The notes beneath the pieces are model-generated. The model searched no databases. It was not told where the DNA came from and saw only the letters and a list, made by a program, of their open reading frames with translations. Shown piece by piece: positions 1-14,834 of a stretch of DNA of 64,000 nucleotides. The stretch's first letter is position 1, and the number at the start of each line of letters is the position of its first letter. The DNA comes from Bigelowiella natans CCMP2755. Taxonomy: Eukaryota > Protista > Cercozoa. The stretch is taken from NCBI GenBank assembly GCA_000320545.1, contig ADNK01002595.1, forward strand, positions 1-64,000. Direction: 5' to 3'. Made by a program: the position numbers and the translations under genes.

Positions 1-181
1 TTTTTTCCCCCCCCCCCCCCCCCCCCCCCCCTCTCTCTCTTCTGAAACAACGTTATTTACACAACACCACCACCACCACTTAGAAAGGTGGAGGTGTGGG
101 ATATGGAATATACAGACTGACAGGGATGGAGTTGATTGATGGCATGATGAAAGCAAATCCTGAAGACAGGTTTGATGATGC

Positions 182-215
<34 letters not shown>

Positions 216-694
216 ATGTGGCTGTGTGTGTTATGGTTACGAACGATCGAGCTGACACAATCACAGAAAAAACGTAATCATGATGCACACGGCTACCATT
301 TATTCAACAGAATTTTGATTTGGTAACTGTTGCGGCAGGTACGACATTGCCGATGTCAAAAGACACGAATTTGTGGCCAACGCTCCTAATATTAGCGAGG
401 TGCTTTTCGTCCACATTTCATTATTGTTTGACTTTTAACAGTTGGAAAAAAAAACGTTGCATACACGAGCAGACATCGAGATGACTTCTTAATTTCCTTC
501 TATTCACAAACTTCTATCTAACTTTTTGACGAAGTATGTTGTTCATCTTTGGGAACGCTCAAACTTTGCTAAAATTTGTTTTCACTATGTAAAAACCCCC
601 CTCCACACTTTCTCACTTTGTGTTTTTTTTCCTTTACTGTTGCTAGGAGGAGCTTAAAGGAATGATCGACGCTATGGATCAGGTTGTCCAGTAA
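1..694 (+). CDS. Ser/Thr protein kinase, 3' end (gene starts upstream of the window)
   Basis: Exons ~84-169, 339-399 and 647-694 join through GT-AG introns to give ...MELIDGMMKANPEDRYDIADVKRHEFV...EELKGMIDAMDQVVQ*. This matches kinase subdomain XI (LIxxMxxxPxxRxxxxxVxxHxF). Confidence 0.75.
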
Positions 695-2493
695 CTAAAT
701 GGTTCAGACAGACGGCGTGGCGCTGGCCTCTCCCCTTTTGGCTTCATTCTCTTCTTGATTCTCCAACTCTTATCGAATGAAGGATATAGTCAATCATGCG
801 GTTGTTGATTATGGTATTGTTCAGGAAATTAACAGTAATGCAAGGCTTAGAGAAAGAGAGCGTGAAGAAAAGGAAAAGTTGGAGAATTTAGAATCTAAAA
901 CGATGTTCAGATCGACGGGTAGTAACTACAAAGAATCCAATCGGACCTCACTCCTTCATCGTTCAGAATCTCATTGCATATTAGATAGCTTGGAAGAGAT
1001 TATTGATTGCTGATGTTCCTGTGTTACCGCCCATGATGTGTAGATAGATAGCGCAAGAGAAGATATTTGAATTTTGTTTGGTATAGCAAGAGAATATATG
1101 GTCTCTCGTCTGCCCCCTTTCTCCCTAAAATAACGCATGCCGACCTATGATGTTCTGATTTTTCAAGGAGCTGCGGGGAAGGATGACTGTCCATTCTTCA
1201 ATGTACTGGTGAGGAAGCAGCCTCGAGGAGCTGCATTTATGAATATACATAAATCGTGAATATACAGTCAACACTAGTGTTTATGCACAGATGGAGGTAG
1301 CGGTAGTTACAATATCCATCTCCTACACCAAATATGAGGCATATAGTCCAACTGCTGTTTTCTTGCCAGAAACTTCCGAAACTTGAAGAAGATTATGACG
1401 GGATCATTAAGGTTGTAGTAGAAGTGCAGCAGCAAGTGATGATGGTGCTAATGATATGATAATGAAAGAAGGATGATAGCGCGCGCGCGCGCGCGTGTGT
1501 GTGTGTATGAAAAATGGCGACAGGATAAAGATGATGATAAGGATAAGGATGATAGTTATCAATGTTGAAAATGCCATAGGAGGAGGAGAGCCATATATCA
1601 TTATCATCGTCGTCGTCTTCATTGTCACAAAAAATACTTCGCTCTTATTATAGAATATCGAAAAGATTGGGAAAAGAGTGCCTTATCGCCCTGAGTCTGC
1701 ACTAATTAAGTAAGCAATGATTGAATCGATGATAGAATAGAAAACAATAAGATATCAACGCTGTTCAGCTCAACTTTTAGTTATTAAATCCTTGCATTTA
1801 TGAAGACCACGTTGAGGGATGATAATGTATTAGAATGATATGAAGTTTCCATTGGTATATTGATTGAAAACGTAATTAAAATACAGAGATTAAGTGCAAT
1901 GCATACAAATTGTAGACTTGTGACAATCCAAGCTTGTGAGTATTCAAACGAGTTGAAAAATCACCTGAGAGAGTTTTTACTGCCCAAATCTCAAAATACA
2001 GTCTTGCCGTTCGAATGATGTTGGTAAACCATAACCATATTCTGTTTTAACGACTCGTTCTGTATTGGATAAAAGGTGTCTCACAATGTTCAAATATAAG
2101 GATGATCCAGAGGAAACTCTCGGGAGGTAAGTGTTAATGTCTTCCTGTACCATCAGCTGCGCTATTATCATCATCATTTGAGTTACATTTAGTTGATGTA
2201 CTCCTGTTGCCTCATTTTGTACGTTCTGAATAGTTGTTCTTCTGAAACTATGCTTCCTGATAAGAAATTGATACTATTTTTTGTCTTTTCTCGTGGCTAT
2301 GATGTTGTGATGTGGGGAACGACGGTTAGACTCATTTGTATCTTTGAAAAAACGTGGAAAGTCGTGGTTCATAAGGACGTTGAGAGCTACTCGGTGATGA
2401 TGTCAGATGTGTGATTAATTGTCTACTATCGTGTTGCGGTACCAGCATGCCGAATATATCCCGTGTATGTAACAACAGCAGCGACTTATGTAT

Positions 2494-2537
<44 letters not shown>

Positions 2538-3810
2538 AATGTTGTATGATGACTGAATATACATGTGACAGATTCGTGTGATATGCGACAAAGCAAATTT
2601 TCCCGAGGTAGAACAGCATCCTAAAAACTTAAAACATGAGATATTATTTGGGTCATTTGGCTACCAAAATTGCTACAAAATTGATTTCTTCTTGGTCACA
2701 GCAGCGTTAGACGAGCCCAGCGCAACGATGATGTGATGTGATGTTTGTAGCGAACACATTGAAAGCATTTGTTTCATGGACTGTGATGTAATTGCACCAC
2801 CACTACCATGGCAATCAGGTTGACGCCTTACTGACGGTCTTTTGGGACGAAAAGAAGGAGGTTTCTATTGTCGAGTTCAGGTTAGTACTTGATCGTCCAA
2901 ACCTGATTAACTCACATCCTCACAGCGCGAATATTTCCTCTGAATATGTTCCTTGTTTTCAGGAATTTGAACTCAAGTTACTTCGAATTCCAAAACTTTT
3001 TTGAGGGAGTTAGGTCGGAATATTTCTAGATTTGGTCGAACAAGATTGACAACTGCGGTCAAAGTTCGTCGATATATTTGAGAGATTAGATACACAGAGT
3101 GCGTGATAGCAACAAAATATTCTTGCACACGCGATGCAGCATCTGCATATATGCACACGTAATTTGAATGTAACTTGATCATACTATCTATTCGTCATTT
3201 ATACACGAATGAGTTCGTTTATCAAACCTTATATTTTGAAAGTAGATGTCAAGTTTCGACCAAATGTTATATGTATGCAAATGAAGCCTCGCATGTGACA
3301 GGGAAGAAGCTGAATGAGTGGCATGGAGTATGCGCCCTGCTCATGTTATTTTCCATCGATCTGTACGTCCGGAGCGCGAGTGCTCGATAACTTCTTACCT
3401 AGCTAGCTAGGCACAGTTGGCGCTCGGTGCAGGAGTTCATGCGTACTTATGCTAAGATTCCTTAGTTGTTGATGCCAGCGCATATGCCATATCTTATGCG
3501 CCATATATATGTGTGTAGTAGTTCGCAGTAGTCGTCACGTGCTGACTATGCATTGACTATACTAGTACAGCTGCATCTGCGCGCACAAGTATAGACAAAA
3601 CATACATTACTCCTCCGCAATGATTGTGGGTATCTAAATGGGCACTTCGCGTGAAATAATATACAATGCAAGTCGCACAATAATGCCTCATCGTACCATT
3701 TAATCCAGCTTCGCAACTATCTTGCGATGCTGTACGCTGTATTCATGTTATTACATTCTATTTCACGGGGATTACTTATACCCAATTACAATTTACACTG
3801 GAATACAAAT

Positions 3811-4750
3811 TTATTGATTTTTATCCGCTTTTGAAGTGTCAGACCCCTTTTCTGGCTGTGGTGTTGTCTCAGAGCGAACTAAGCTGTAAACATTTTTTTT
3901 CAAGCCGCGGGTTATTGTACAATTTTCAGAAGTTTACCTTTCTACGACATACATGCGCTTCGAATCCATAGTTATCCCAAACTGTTTACTTGCAGTTGTA
4001 ACTGTATGTGTACATATGACAGGGAGTTTGATAAGTGTCGTCGTACCCCTAACAACCTTCTTATATTTGAGTAGAGAGATTTAGGCTACATACCGGTGAC
4101 TTTTCGTAAAGTATCTTCGTCCATTCCTGCAGCTTTTAATAAACCATCTACGCTTTCTAGCAAAATTTTGACATTCTCCCCCTATTTTGAAATACTGGTA
4201 GGTTAAGCGCTCCTCCCTAAATTTGTCTTCAATTTTATTTACCTTCACTTCGCATTCGGAGCTGTTTGTAGTCTCCTTTTCGGATGATGTCTATGTATTT
4301 AAAAAAGTTGTGAACCATCTGTTGGCATTTTGTGACGAATACAGTATTCTCACCTCTATTATTTTCCCTGTATGATCAAGGACAAATGCCATGGAGGCGT
4401 CCGGAACTGCCTGCAATGGGATGATGTAAGATGCGGTGGTTGATAATATGTGTTCATTGATTGTAAAGAAGGATTTCAAAGATGTCTCGAAATAATAATT
4501 ATCGCTATCCCTCCAACTTGAGTCACCTTCCTCAACGAGGTAGCCATCGATTCCCCGCCGCCAGACGCCATTGCGCGTACAAGTGGAATTTGATCGCTCT
4601 AGTAAAAAATTCGTTGTCGCTCTCTCAAATTCCAAGGCTTTCCTTCTGATCGAGGCAGTCCGAATTTTATCCTTCGAGCTTTCAAACTCACAGAATGATA
4701 TCTCTACGACAACTATCCTAAGTTGTCGCTAGCTTAGAATTGCATTGTCG
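3811..4750 (-). CDS. Hypothetical spliced protein, possibly degenerate
   Basis: ORF 4291-4635 plus short GT-AG-bounded segments (ENVKILLESVDGLLKAAGMDEDTLRKVT; LVRSETTPQPEKGSDTSKADKNQ*). I could not reconcile all exon phases and recognise no family. Confidence 0.3.
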
Positions 4751-5006
4751 CTAGCAGGAGAGATTCAGAGCTAAGTGCGAGTGAAGTTCTAATGCAATAC
4801 ATGAATGTCCTCTATACGACAATGAAGGTCGGATGTCGTAAGGAGTAAAACTAGAGGGTTTTCTATAGTTCTTCACGCTAGGATCGTACACGTGGTGTGT
4901 ACGTCGTCTGGTGGAGTTTCCAACCACAGAATAGTAGCCCTTCCGACGAAAGCGCGAGCCAGCCAAGATGCAAAAGTGCTCGATAGAAAATAGAAACAGG
5001 CTTGGA

Positions 5007-7587
5007 ATGAAGGGTTCACTACTCGTATGGATTATGGTAGTGTCGGTAGTAGCGTGCTGTCTCTCTCTCGTATGCTCGAGAGCAACGACTGCAGAGAACC
5101 ACGATATCGCCGCTATCTTGAAGGTCACTTCCAATAAGGCTCCGGTCTTTACCTTGAGGCATAGAGGGCACTTATTTCAATGCAAAGCTACGTCGACTGA
5201 TGCTGCCACACCTGTTGAGGAGCATGGTGCAACAACAACAACAACAACAACAACAGTCAAGCCTCTGGAGTCCATTCTGTGCTGTCCAGTTAGCTTCGAG
5301 CCTCTGACGGTCTGCAATTTGAAAAATTCAGCGATGTAACCCGCAAATATCGTTATCATCCCCATCGTTTTTTATGTTTTCCTCTCCCTTCTTGTACGTG
5401 CACCAACTTTTCTTGTTGCCGCAGGCTAGCAACGACGGGGGCGGGGTGAGGTGCCTGACGACTGGATTGGTACAACTACTATATTTAACATAAGAAGAAG
5501 AAAAACTATCGATTGATGCTTGATTTATATAAACTAATGTGCCAGCCTTCAGCTAGTAGCTAACAATCTATATCCCGAAATATTGAATAAAAATAGTATG
5601 CGAAGCCCTTCCGCTACAGATCGGTGGGGCAGTCATGTGATCTTTGAAATCGTCGTACAATTTGATCCAAAATTCATATTTACGAAAGACTCGCGTAAAA
5701 AGATTATCCACCCAAATTTTGAATCGCACCTTGATTGTATCATTCGTATTATTTTGCAGCAATATGGAACAGTGGAAGACACATATCTAGACTTGACCCC
5801 TGCATCTGGGTAAAAAAATAGAGCTCATATGCAATTCGTGCCGTGATGTATAATACTGCAGCAAGGGTGTTTAAAGATGAGACCTTTAAAAAATCTCATA
5901 TAGACGATTGTTCGAAGCCAATCCTCAGTTGCCAAAATCGATAATTGTGCAGATAAAATTAAAAATGATCCGTATTCAAGGGATTGATAGATCAATTGAC
6001 TAACCACTCGTTTAGGACTCTGATAGCAGCGAGCGGTGTCGCCTCTTCTCAGGATAAGCCAACAGCAACTAATGATCAAATGCAGTCGCAACTACCATTC
6101 GATGTACGAACTGAACCTTTGTCATTGCTTCTTTCCAGCAACAGTGTTGATGCATACTGTACCCCTGAGCAATATGTCCTTATGATAATCCTCAGATATA
6201 CGCTGTAGCGGATACGATCGAGAAGGTAAATTGACGCACCCTCTCCTTTCCCCTTGCAACTCAGAGTTGCTAGAGCGGAGCAGAGATAATATAACTACCA
6301 TCCCTGCTTTGGCTTGTTTCTTATCTGCAGGTGTCACAAGGCCGAGTTCGGACGGGAGAATTGCTAAGGGAAGGATATAGTGGTGACAGCATGGGGTTAG
6401 GCACTAGCACCTTCCGCAACCCCATTGTGTCTCAGATTTACGAAAGAGGATGGAGGCAGGTATAGATATGTTTCAAGACGATGAGTATGTGACATGGCAG
6501 AACACCGATGATTTTCGTTCTACACGATGCCGCTGGCCGTGTTGTACAACGTATCATCAGTATCTCGGCATGATGAAATATTTACTATTTGAACATGTGT
6601 CTGGTGTTTGACTATGATTTTGTGGAACAGAGCTTCGCACGCGCCGGTTTTCCTGGACCCGAAAAGGAATTCGAGAGGGCGCAGAAATGGTCGGTAGCTC
6701 TCTTTGCGATGCGAGGCGATGCGATGCGATATAAATCGGCAGCAGCCGATATGATCATTTGTAGATTCTGAAATTTATCACATTTGAATCTTTCATTAAT
6801 TTTCTGAAAGGCTCCTTCCGGCAGCAAAGAATGGCATTCTTGTGGATGCAAGCTGTGGTATGTCAGAGTTTCATCTACTAGGCGTGATACTAAAACAGTT
6901 TTTAAAAACAACATGAATGTGATCTATTGACGATCTTGCCCAACAGAGAGAGCTGTGTCGTCAAGCTGTAAATTCTATTGCATCAACAAGTTGTCAGCAA
7001 TAAGTTGCAGTAAATGTTGTCATATGAAGAATCGTTTGTCCTTGTGAAGTGAGTGAGAAGGATCTCTTGTCTCTTCCGCATCTTGCTAGGCTCTGGCCTA
7101 TTCACACGGAAATTCGTTTCCTCAAAGGACTATCAGCAGGTATTTCATCGATGGTCAACATGGAGAATTAGATAGAAAAGAAGAAGAAAAAGCAGAAGCA
7201 GAAGCAGCGCAGCAGCGGGGAACATGCTAGAAAACGTTATTCTGACACATCACTCCATTTTCTTTGGCAACCATTCCATCCTCACAGGTGATTGCGCTGG
7301 ATTTCTCGGAGTCTATGCTACGAGAAACGGCTACTCTCTGCAAGGACAACAAGCTGTGGGAAGCAGGCGCCTCAGTCGCAGCATCTGGTGGCTCCGTATC
7401 GCCTTTGTTAGTGCGTGGTGATATCGGAAGATTACCATTTCGATCAGGGGCTGTGGATGGGCTGCATGCAGGTGCAGCCATACACTGCTGGCCTTCCCCC
7501 GCTCTTGCTCTGACGGAGATCGCGCGCGTGCTCAAGCCAGGAGGGGTAAATACATACACACCACAGAGAAAGAGAAAGAGAAAGAGT

Positions 7588-7635
<48 letters not shown>

Positions 7636-7893
7636 TGCGTACTTGAACATACATCTATTTCCATCGAGATGTTCATTCGGCTGATTCGTTTCATTTACAC
7701 TTACAGCGAGCTGTGCTCTCCACATTCATGAATCCGCAGCTGCCTTTCACAGATGAGAAATTTCGAAAGGTGTGGTATAAAGTCGTCGAAAAGTATAACA
7801 GTGACAACCAAAATATCGTGTTTTGTGCTAGTGAATAGCTTAAAGTAATCAGCCCGAGAAAATTGTTTGCTAGTGCGTGCGTGTACGTGTGTG

Positions 7894-7956
<63 letters not shown>

Positions 7957-8229
7957 TATGTTAAATTTGATCTCTTCATCCCTCACATCTCTCTCTCATT
8001 TATGTCTCCTGTTATGTATGCTTTGTAGGCTTTTTTTGGGCAGATTTCTCAAAACTCTCTGATACGTGCATGGGAAGAGGTATGCAGCTTTATATTTGGG
8101 TTTTCTGTAAGTGATTTTAAATATCATGTTTGGATGGATGTATTTGACGGTATTCGCGACGAAACGGCAATGATGATACGATGATGATAATGATTGCAGA
8201 GAATACCGGCCAACCGCATGCACAGATAC

Positions 8230-8271
<42 letters not shown>

Positions 8272-8578
8272 CCGCATTTCCTAAGTAATATGACTTTTGG
8301 GGGGCATAACAACAGGGGGAGCTTAAGAGTTTGAGCCAAAGTGTTGGCCTCGTAAATTTTGAGTGCGAGCGAAACCGCGAATTCATCATTTTTAAGGTTG
8401 GGCTTGATTAATATGTGGATCTATTTCCCCTGCATGTTCTCTTTCACTTTTATCTCTAGGCTCAAATGTGTAAGTACACGAAGATTCAAAATTTTCAAAA
8501 TATCATTTTATGCCTCCCATATGATCTCATTTTATTATTCTTTCATGTGAATGTTAGGTTGAGAAGCCTATCTTATAG
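5007..8578 (+). CDS. Plastid-targeted UbiE/COQ5-like SAM-dependent methyltransferase (At2g41040-like)
   Basis: Signal peptide MKGSLLVWIMVVSVVACCLSLVCS plus a transit-like region. Exons give ILCCPVSFEPL, YLDLT, TFRNPIVSQIYERGWRQSFARAGFPGPEKEF, SAM motif I LVDASCGSGLFTRKF, VIALDFSESML, VRGDIGRLPF and HAGAAIHCWPSP..ALTEIARVLKPGG, ending VEKPIL*. Confidence 0.9.
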
Positions 8579-9000
8579 AAAGTACTCTCCTAGAGGATGC
8601 CTTGACTAAAAATATCGCTGTGCTCTGATTGTAGACAACAAAGCAATAGCAACTTGCCAGTTGTCACACAGAATCATTACGCTATATCGACTTGTACTCC
8701 TAGATGGGCTATATCACGACGAATAATGGACATGGAGCGTCCGGGCATCATCAGCATCCCGCTGCACGGATGTGTTAATGAAATTATTGCATTTTGACAT
8801 CCAAAACGCCATGCTACTTAACGTTGTGATCTTGAGATTGAGCTTCGCAGCTCATCTAAAGTCAATCCTTCGCCGTTGCGTGCTAGCATGAAGTGTAATT
8901 CTGCAGTAAATTGCACCGTATGCTAGACGCATTTCTATGCATGCATGCCTTCATTTACAAACAACAAATAGCTGTGCGTTCCTCTCACTTTTTGCATCGA

Positions 9001-9480
9001 GTTCAATGTGGCGCCATCATGAGATGAACACATGCGCCGAGACTTTGTTGCTCTTGAGCAAGTGGTAGCTTCCGTGCATGCCTCTGCTTGCAAGATCAGC
9101 TAACTGTGGCAACGACATGCATCACAATGTGTGTCGTGGACAGCAGTGACACTGGCGTCCGATTGTGCTGCCATCAATCACGAATTTGTGACTCACAAAA
9201 TGCACGTGAATGCTCTTGTCGACATTCCAAATTTCAGACATTTTCAATCTATGAATCTGCAGATCTAAATGCATGTTGTTAAGCCACACATGTAGACGTG
9301 CTGCAACAGCTGCTGTCACGCTCTAGCTGTTGATGAGCACGAAACGATGTGACGCTGCGCACACACGCGTGCTAGCGTGGTGCGATGTCCACGTTGACTA
9401 GGCGACATCAAATGCGCAGCTAGACATAGGGATGAAATCTTGAGGACAAAATCAATGATGTTGATGGCACAGTGACGATC
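9001..9480. other. TpA-depleted island 1
   Basis: About 11 TA in 480 bp by hand count, 10 of them in TAG or CTA context; rich in CA/TG. Confidence 0.6.
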
Positions 9481-10096
9481 AGCCTTCGAGGTAACATCAA
9501 GACAAGTTCTTCATCTGCGCGTTGCTCTGGCACTTTCCCACTTCAATCAAAGAGGAAAAGGGCCAACACAAACCGCTGCAAGAAGGAAGGGGAACGAAGA
9601 TCCAGTAGTAGCAGCAACAACAAAAGTAGAACATGACAGCATGATCCTCCTCGTCACCATCTCGCTCCTCCTCCCTTCGTCTTCCTCCGCGCCAACTACT
9701 CCGTTGTTGTTTTCCCCCGTCACCACGACCCATCGTCATCTTCGATGTCTGACCTCGAGAATAATTTCCACAGAGTGTAATGTCTTTATGTACTGCGACA
9801 ATGATTCCAGCGAGGTTTAACCAAAGAACAACTCGCATCTGTCGTCATGTCGTCATAGATTGAATTTAGTCTACCTGCTTTGTTCTTCTCCAAACAATCT
9901 CCCGACAAATCTTATGCCGTTCCACGCTTAATACAAGTGATTCGGACTAATACAGTACGGAAACGCAGCGGAAAAAGCCACTAAAAATAGAACTGCTTTC
10001 CAAAGAAGATTGGAAAAAGTTCTTCCAGTGCGACTTCATTTCGCAAAAGTCGCGAGGCAAAACTGCACTGTTTTTCTGATTTCTTCGCGCCGTAAG

Positions 10097-13000
10097 ATGG
10101 CGTCCCCGGACCAGGGCGATGGAGACGGCGAAGAGGTCGAAGCAAGTCACTAAGGGGGGTGGAATAAATTCAACCAGGGTTCACGAGTGATACATTTCGT
10201 TGGTGTTGTTGTTATTGTCTACGCTGTGCTTTGGTGAAAGGACATATCCTTACTGGACGCAAACTCTTTCTCGGAGCACTCTCCCTCCGCCCGCAACCTT
10301 GTTCATCACGATGGAGAGGATATTGGTACATTGTTCTTTTTGAAGCTAGGGTATAGTTGTCATGATTCACCCAAATCATGTATGAACTGACTATCGACCA
10401 TTTTTCGCATTCATCACTTTGCCGTGTGCATTTGCGTCTCGAGAAATGTCCAATTTTATGAACTTCACACTCTCGCATTTCCTCCTCCTCCTCCTCCTCC
10501 TCCTCCTCCTCCTCCTCCTCATGCTTATACATTTCTGATATCTGCATGTACTTGTAGAGGATATATCTGGGAAAATAGCACCCATGCATCCCATTCACAT
10601 GATGAAACCTCCCAAAAAAATCGCGGATGAGCCCGACGTGGATCAAGTGCACGAGAAGCGACACTACAAAAAGATGGTAGTAGCATGCTCGAACGAAGGC
10701 GGGCCTATCTGTCTCTAACTAGCCAACGAAAAATCATGCTAAGTACAATACATGATGGTGAGAAAATGAAAAATTGCTTTGGATCATCAGTTGAGCTCGA
10801 AGGAAATGTTTGGCCTCTCGTCCTACTGGTTTGGATGGTCAGCACTGATGGGGCCTCTGCTATTCATCGTGATGCCTGTCCAGGTATCATTATTATATAT
10901 ATTTTTAGAAGTAGCAGCAGCAGCAGTAGTAGTAGTAGTAGTAGTAGTAGTCATGAAAGTGATATCATTCTTAGTAGGCAGCAATAGTATTGGCTGTTTA
11001 TTGCAACAAATGAAAAGCATGGTATAATCTACTATACACAAGAACGTATTCTGTCAGCTGAGGTGGCCGTATCATTGTTGCTAATTATGATGGTGATGAT
11101 GATAACATAATGATAATAATAATAATAATAATATGACATCAGGTTGAGCAGTTATCCGGCTCCGAGAGAAAAGCCATTGAACTTGGAAACACGCTGATTC
11201 TAGGTGCTGCTGATGCTGCTGTGCCGCATGTGCATGCGACAGTCGTCTCCCTATTTTCTTTCTCACCAAAGACCAGCAATAGAAGACTACGAAGACAATG
11301 CGCCCTGTTAAAATAAACACAACTTTTGGGGGGGAGAGTGATGATGAGCAACAAGTATATACCGAAACCATATACACCCTGTCTCAGACGGGGTGAAACA
11401 ACCGTGTGGCCCTTATTATCTCGTTAATTCTGAACAAATACTCCTCTCAAACATCTTACCATCCGCGTCGTAGCATTTAGAGGATATATTTTCCCGCCCT
11501 TCCTACGTCTTGAGATGTCGTTGTCGTTGGTGTTGTTATGCGTCACATGCTTTTCGTCAGGGTCCATCGTGGCCATAATCGTTGCCCCCGTCTCTGGCAG
11601 CATTTCTGACACATCAACGCATCCATGGGGTCGTCGCTCGCCTTTCATTGCCACTGGGGTGATGATGTTGATATCAGTAGTAGTAGTAGTAGTAGTAGAG
11701 TAGTAGTAGTAGAGATGGAGAATTCCAAAAAAAAGTTAATGATGAAACAGCGGCTATCATGCAGCGATTTATGATATTAACGCATGCCGAACACCGATTA
11801 TTTTGTTCTGGCGAAGCGTACACATGTAAAACATATATTTATAAATCATATGTGTGTGCGTGGTGTGCAAGAAAACAAATAGCGAGTGTATTAACACACT
11901 CGTTACATTGATAATATGTCGCAATAATCATCGTTATCATCGTCATTATCGTCATTGTTATTGTCATCTTAATAATCATTGCAGGTGGTCCTCGTCACCC
12001 TCTCCCTGATCTTTATGGCTGTAGCAAACGCTCTATGGTAAAATTGAGTTTGTGTCTAAATGGAGGGGAACGTGGGAGCGGGAGAAGAACTTCGGACCTG
12101 CTGCATTATTATGTTTTATTTGTTTCGATTTTGCCAAAATTAGTGTATACTGATCGTTTGAGAATTGAAAACCATGATTATCTCACTGCTACTGTTCTTT
12201 ATTGCTACTCATGATTTAATATCTTGGTTCTTGTCCATCATCATTATTATCATCATCATCATCATCATCATCATTATCATCACCATTACTCCTGCTCCCC
12301 CTGCTACTACTACTTCTACAACTACAACTATTAATACTACTACTACCAGGATCTACAAGGCAGCTTTCTTCCTCTTAAGTGTAGCAAACAACATAGCAAT
12401 GTCGCCGTATACAGCACTTGTTCCTGACCTGGTAATGTATTGTCAAACTGCAATAGTTTTCTTAACAGCAGCATCCTTGGTTGAGAATTAGTGTTGGTTT
12501 ATACATCGCCTTCCTTCTCTTTCCTTTTGTCTTGTTTTGTATCTCCGCAAATCTTTCCTCGTCGTCATCGTCCTCCTTATTCTTCTTTCTTCTTCTTCTT
12601 CCTCCTCCCCCTTAGGTCCCACAACCACAAAGAGGTGTGGCTTCAGCTTGGCTCGGAGTCATGGCGTTTATCGGCACCTTCGCTGGGGGAGGTCGTCCGA
12701 ATTTTGTTCAGAACCAAACAACAACAACAACAACAACAACACCACCACCACCACCTACTAGGATATCAGCCACACATCAAACAAGTTCTAAGTGTGAGTT
12801 TCGCTACTGAGCATTCTCATTCTTCTTCTTTCGGGCACATTCTCCTCGTTATTCTGGAGGAGGACATTGATATATGTTTTTCATGTTGCCTTCTTCCTCA
12901 TCTACCATGCTCCCCTTCCTTGTGCCTGCAGCTGTGACGTATATGATAAAGATCGAATACTGCCTTGTGGTACTACTACTTGAAAGAGGGGGGTGGATAT

Positions 13001-13140
13001 TGGGAAGATAGCTTAGAAGGCAGCATTTCCATATCTCTTCTATACTTATAGGAGGAATAGAAGAGGGGGGAGACAGGGGGGTTGCAAGAGGAAGATTATA
13101 TTTAAGCTTTTATGCACAAGAGTGCGTGCGCTGTAAATGC

Positions 13141-13176
<36 letters not shown>

Positions 13177-13182
13177 CTTATT

Positions 13183-13222
<40 letters not shown>

Positions 13223-13481
13223 GTGTTACATGTGTGCATTTTTGAACGGAGTACTCCTTTTTCGTATGGATCATCATCTTTATCATTATCGTCATGATTT
13301 TCAACAACGCTACAAACCACAACAACAACAACGACAACAACATTGATAACAACAATGCAGCCGCTGGGCCTTCTCCATGCTTTCACTGGATACATAACGA
13401 TACGATTGTGTCGTGAGCGTCCCCTTGTACATGTAAGAAGAACATATGCACGGAATCCAAGCAGTAGCAGCATTGAGCACA

Positions 13482-13515
<34 letters not shown>

Positions 13516-14504
13516 GTGGTGATTATTCGGTTTCGTTTTATTGTACTGGTTACTTACTACTGCTAAGGTAATGTCCTTTTGTCTCTTTCTTTCTTCAATT
13601 ACTCGTATCTCTCACCCTCTTAGAATCGAGCTCCGATCCACTGTTGTAGAAGACTGATGTATTTGGTCGCCCCTCACACCAACCAGAAAGAAGAAGAAGA
13701 AGAAGAAGAATATGATGATGGATGATGAATTAGCGGTTGTTGTTGTTGTTGTTGTTGTTGTCGTTACATGTGCTTCTCTAGAGAAGTAGTAGTGGTAGTA
13801 GTAGTATTAGATGTTCTTCATCATCTTGCAGCAGGTGTGAGGTATGTAGCGTGATCCCTGATGTATCTATCTGATATCTTGGTGCGTAGTTTCGTCCATT
13901 ATGCAACCACGACTTCCGCGTCATGTTCATCGCCAGGTATGTATACAGCACGCATCAGAGTCTTCTAGTTGTAGTAGTAGTAGGAGTTGTTGTTGTTGTT
14001 GTTGTCGTTTTCCTTTTCTCGATTGGTTGCTGCTACTACCGTCGTTCGTTGTTTCATCAGGAACAACACACTTCTTTCTTCCACACCTACCCTAATGCTA
14101 TGTGTGCTCTCGATGGGAAGAAGAAGACGAATATGATGATAATGATGATGATGATGATGACGATGATGACGATGATGACGGAGCATGTGTGTTTTATACT
14201 CAGATTCCTCATGCAGATGGGAATACTAACAGTACAGGTAGTATGGAAGTAGGTAGTAGTGGCAGAAGAAGAAGAAGAAGAAGAAGAAGAAGAAGAAGAA
14301 GAACTTCTTGACTATTTAAACCGCATTGCCATTATCACTACTATTATCACCATCATCGCTCACTCCCCCATTCTTCTTCTTCATCATCATCATCATCAGG
14401 AATATCTCACATACTTCCTCAAAGATGCAGTGGGCCGTCCTTACACATTTCTAGGCTACGTGGTAGGGAAGGACGAGAAGGAGGCCGGTAGTAGTAGCAG
14501 CAGC

Positions 14505-14541
<37 letters not shown>

Positions 14542-14802
14542 CCTTAATACCAAGCGTGTTGTACGTGTTGTGCGTGTTGTGCGTATGAGGATGGCATGTG
14601 CTACGTCGATGAATGAAGATTTGTGTGTCTAATAATTTTTGTGTTTGTCAATGGGCGTTTCCTCTTTCTCGCACGTTCATCCATCCATCCACCACTAGTC
14701 TCGGTGTTGTTCCTGCCGATGCTCGTCGCTTCTCTCATCTCCGCATGTTTGGGTTAGAAGCACCTGCTAATGAAAAACAAGAAGAAGAAGAAGAACAACA
14801 AC

Positions 14803-14834
<32 letters not shown>

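Noticed and set aside
700-3400. Possible gene in ORFs 777-1013, 1977-2177 or 2792-3004
   Set aside because: No recognisable motif or consistent exon chain.
10130-10160. GC-AG first intron in the MFS gene (GAA|GCAAGT)
   Set aside because: A canonical GT donor 6 nt upstream has the same phase; cannot be decided without cDNA.
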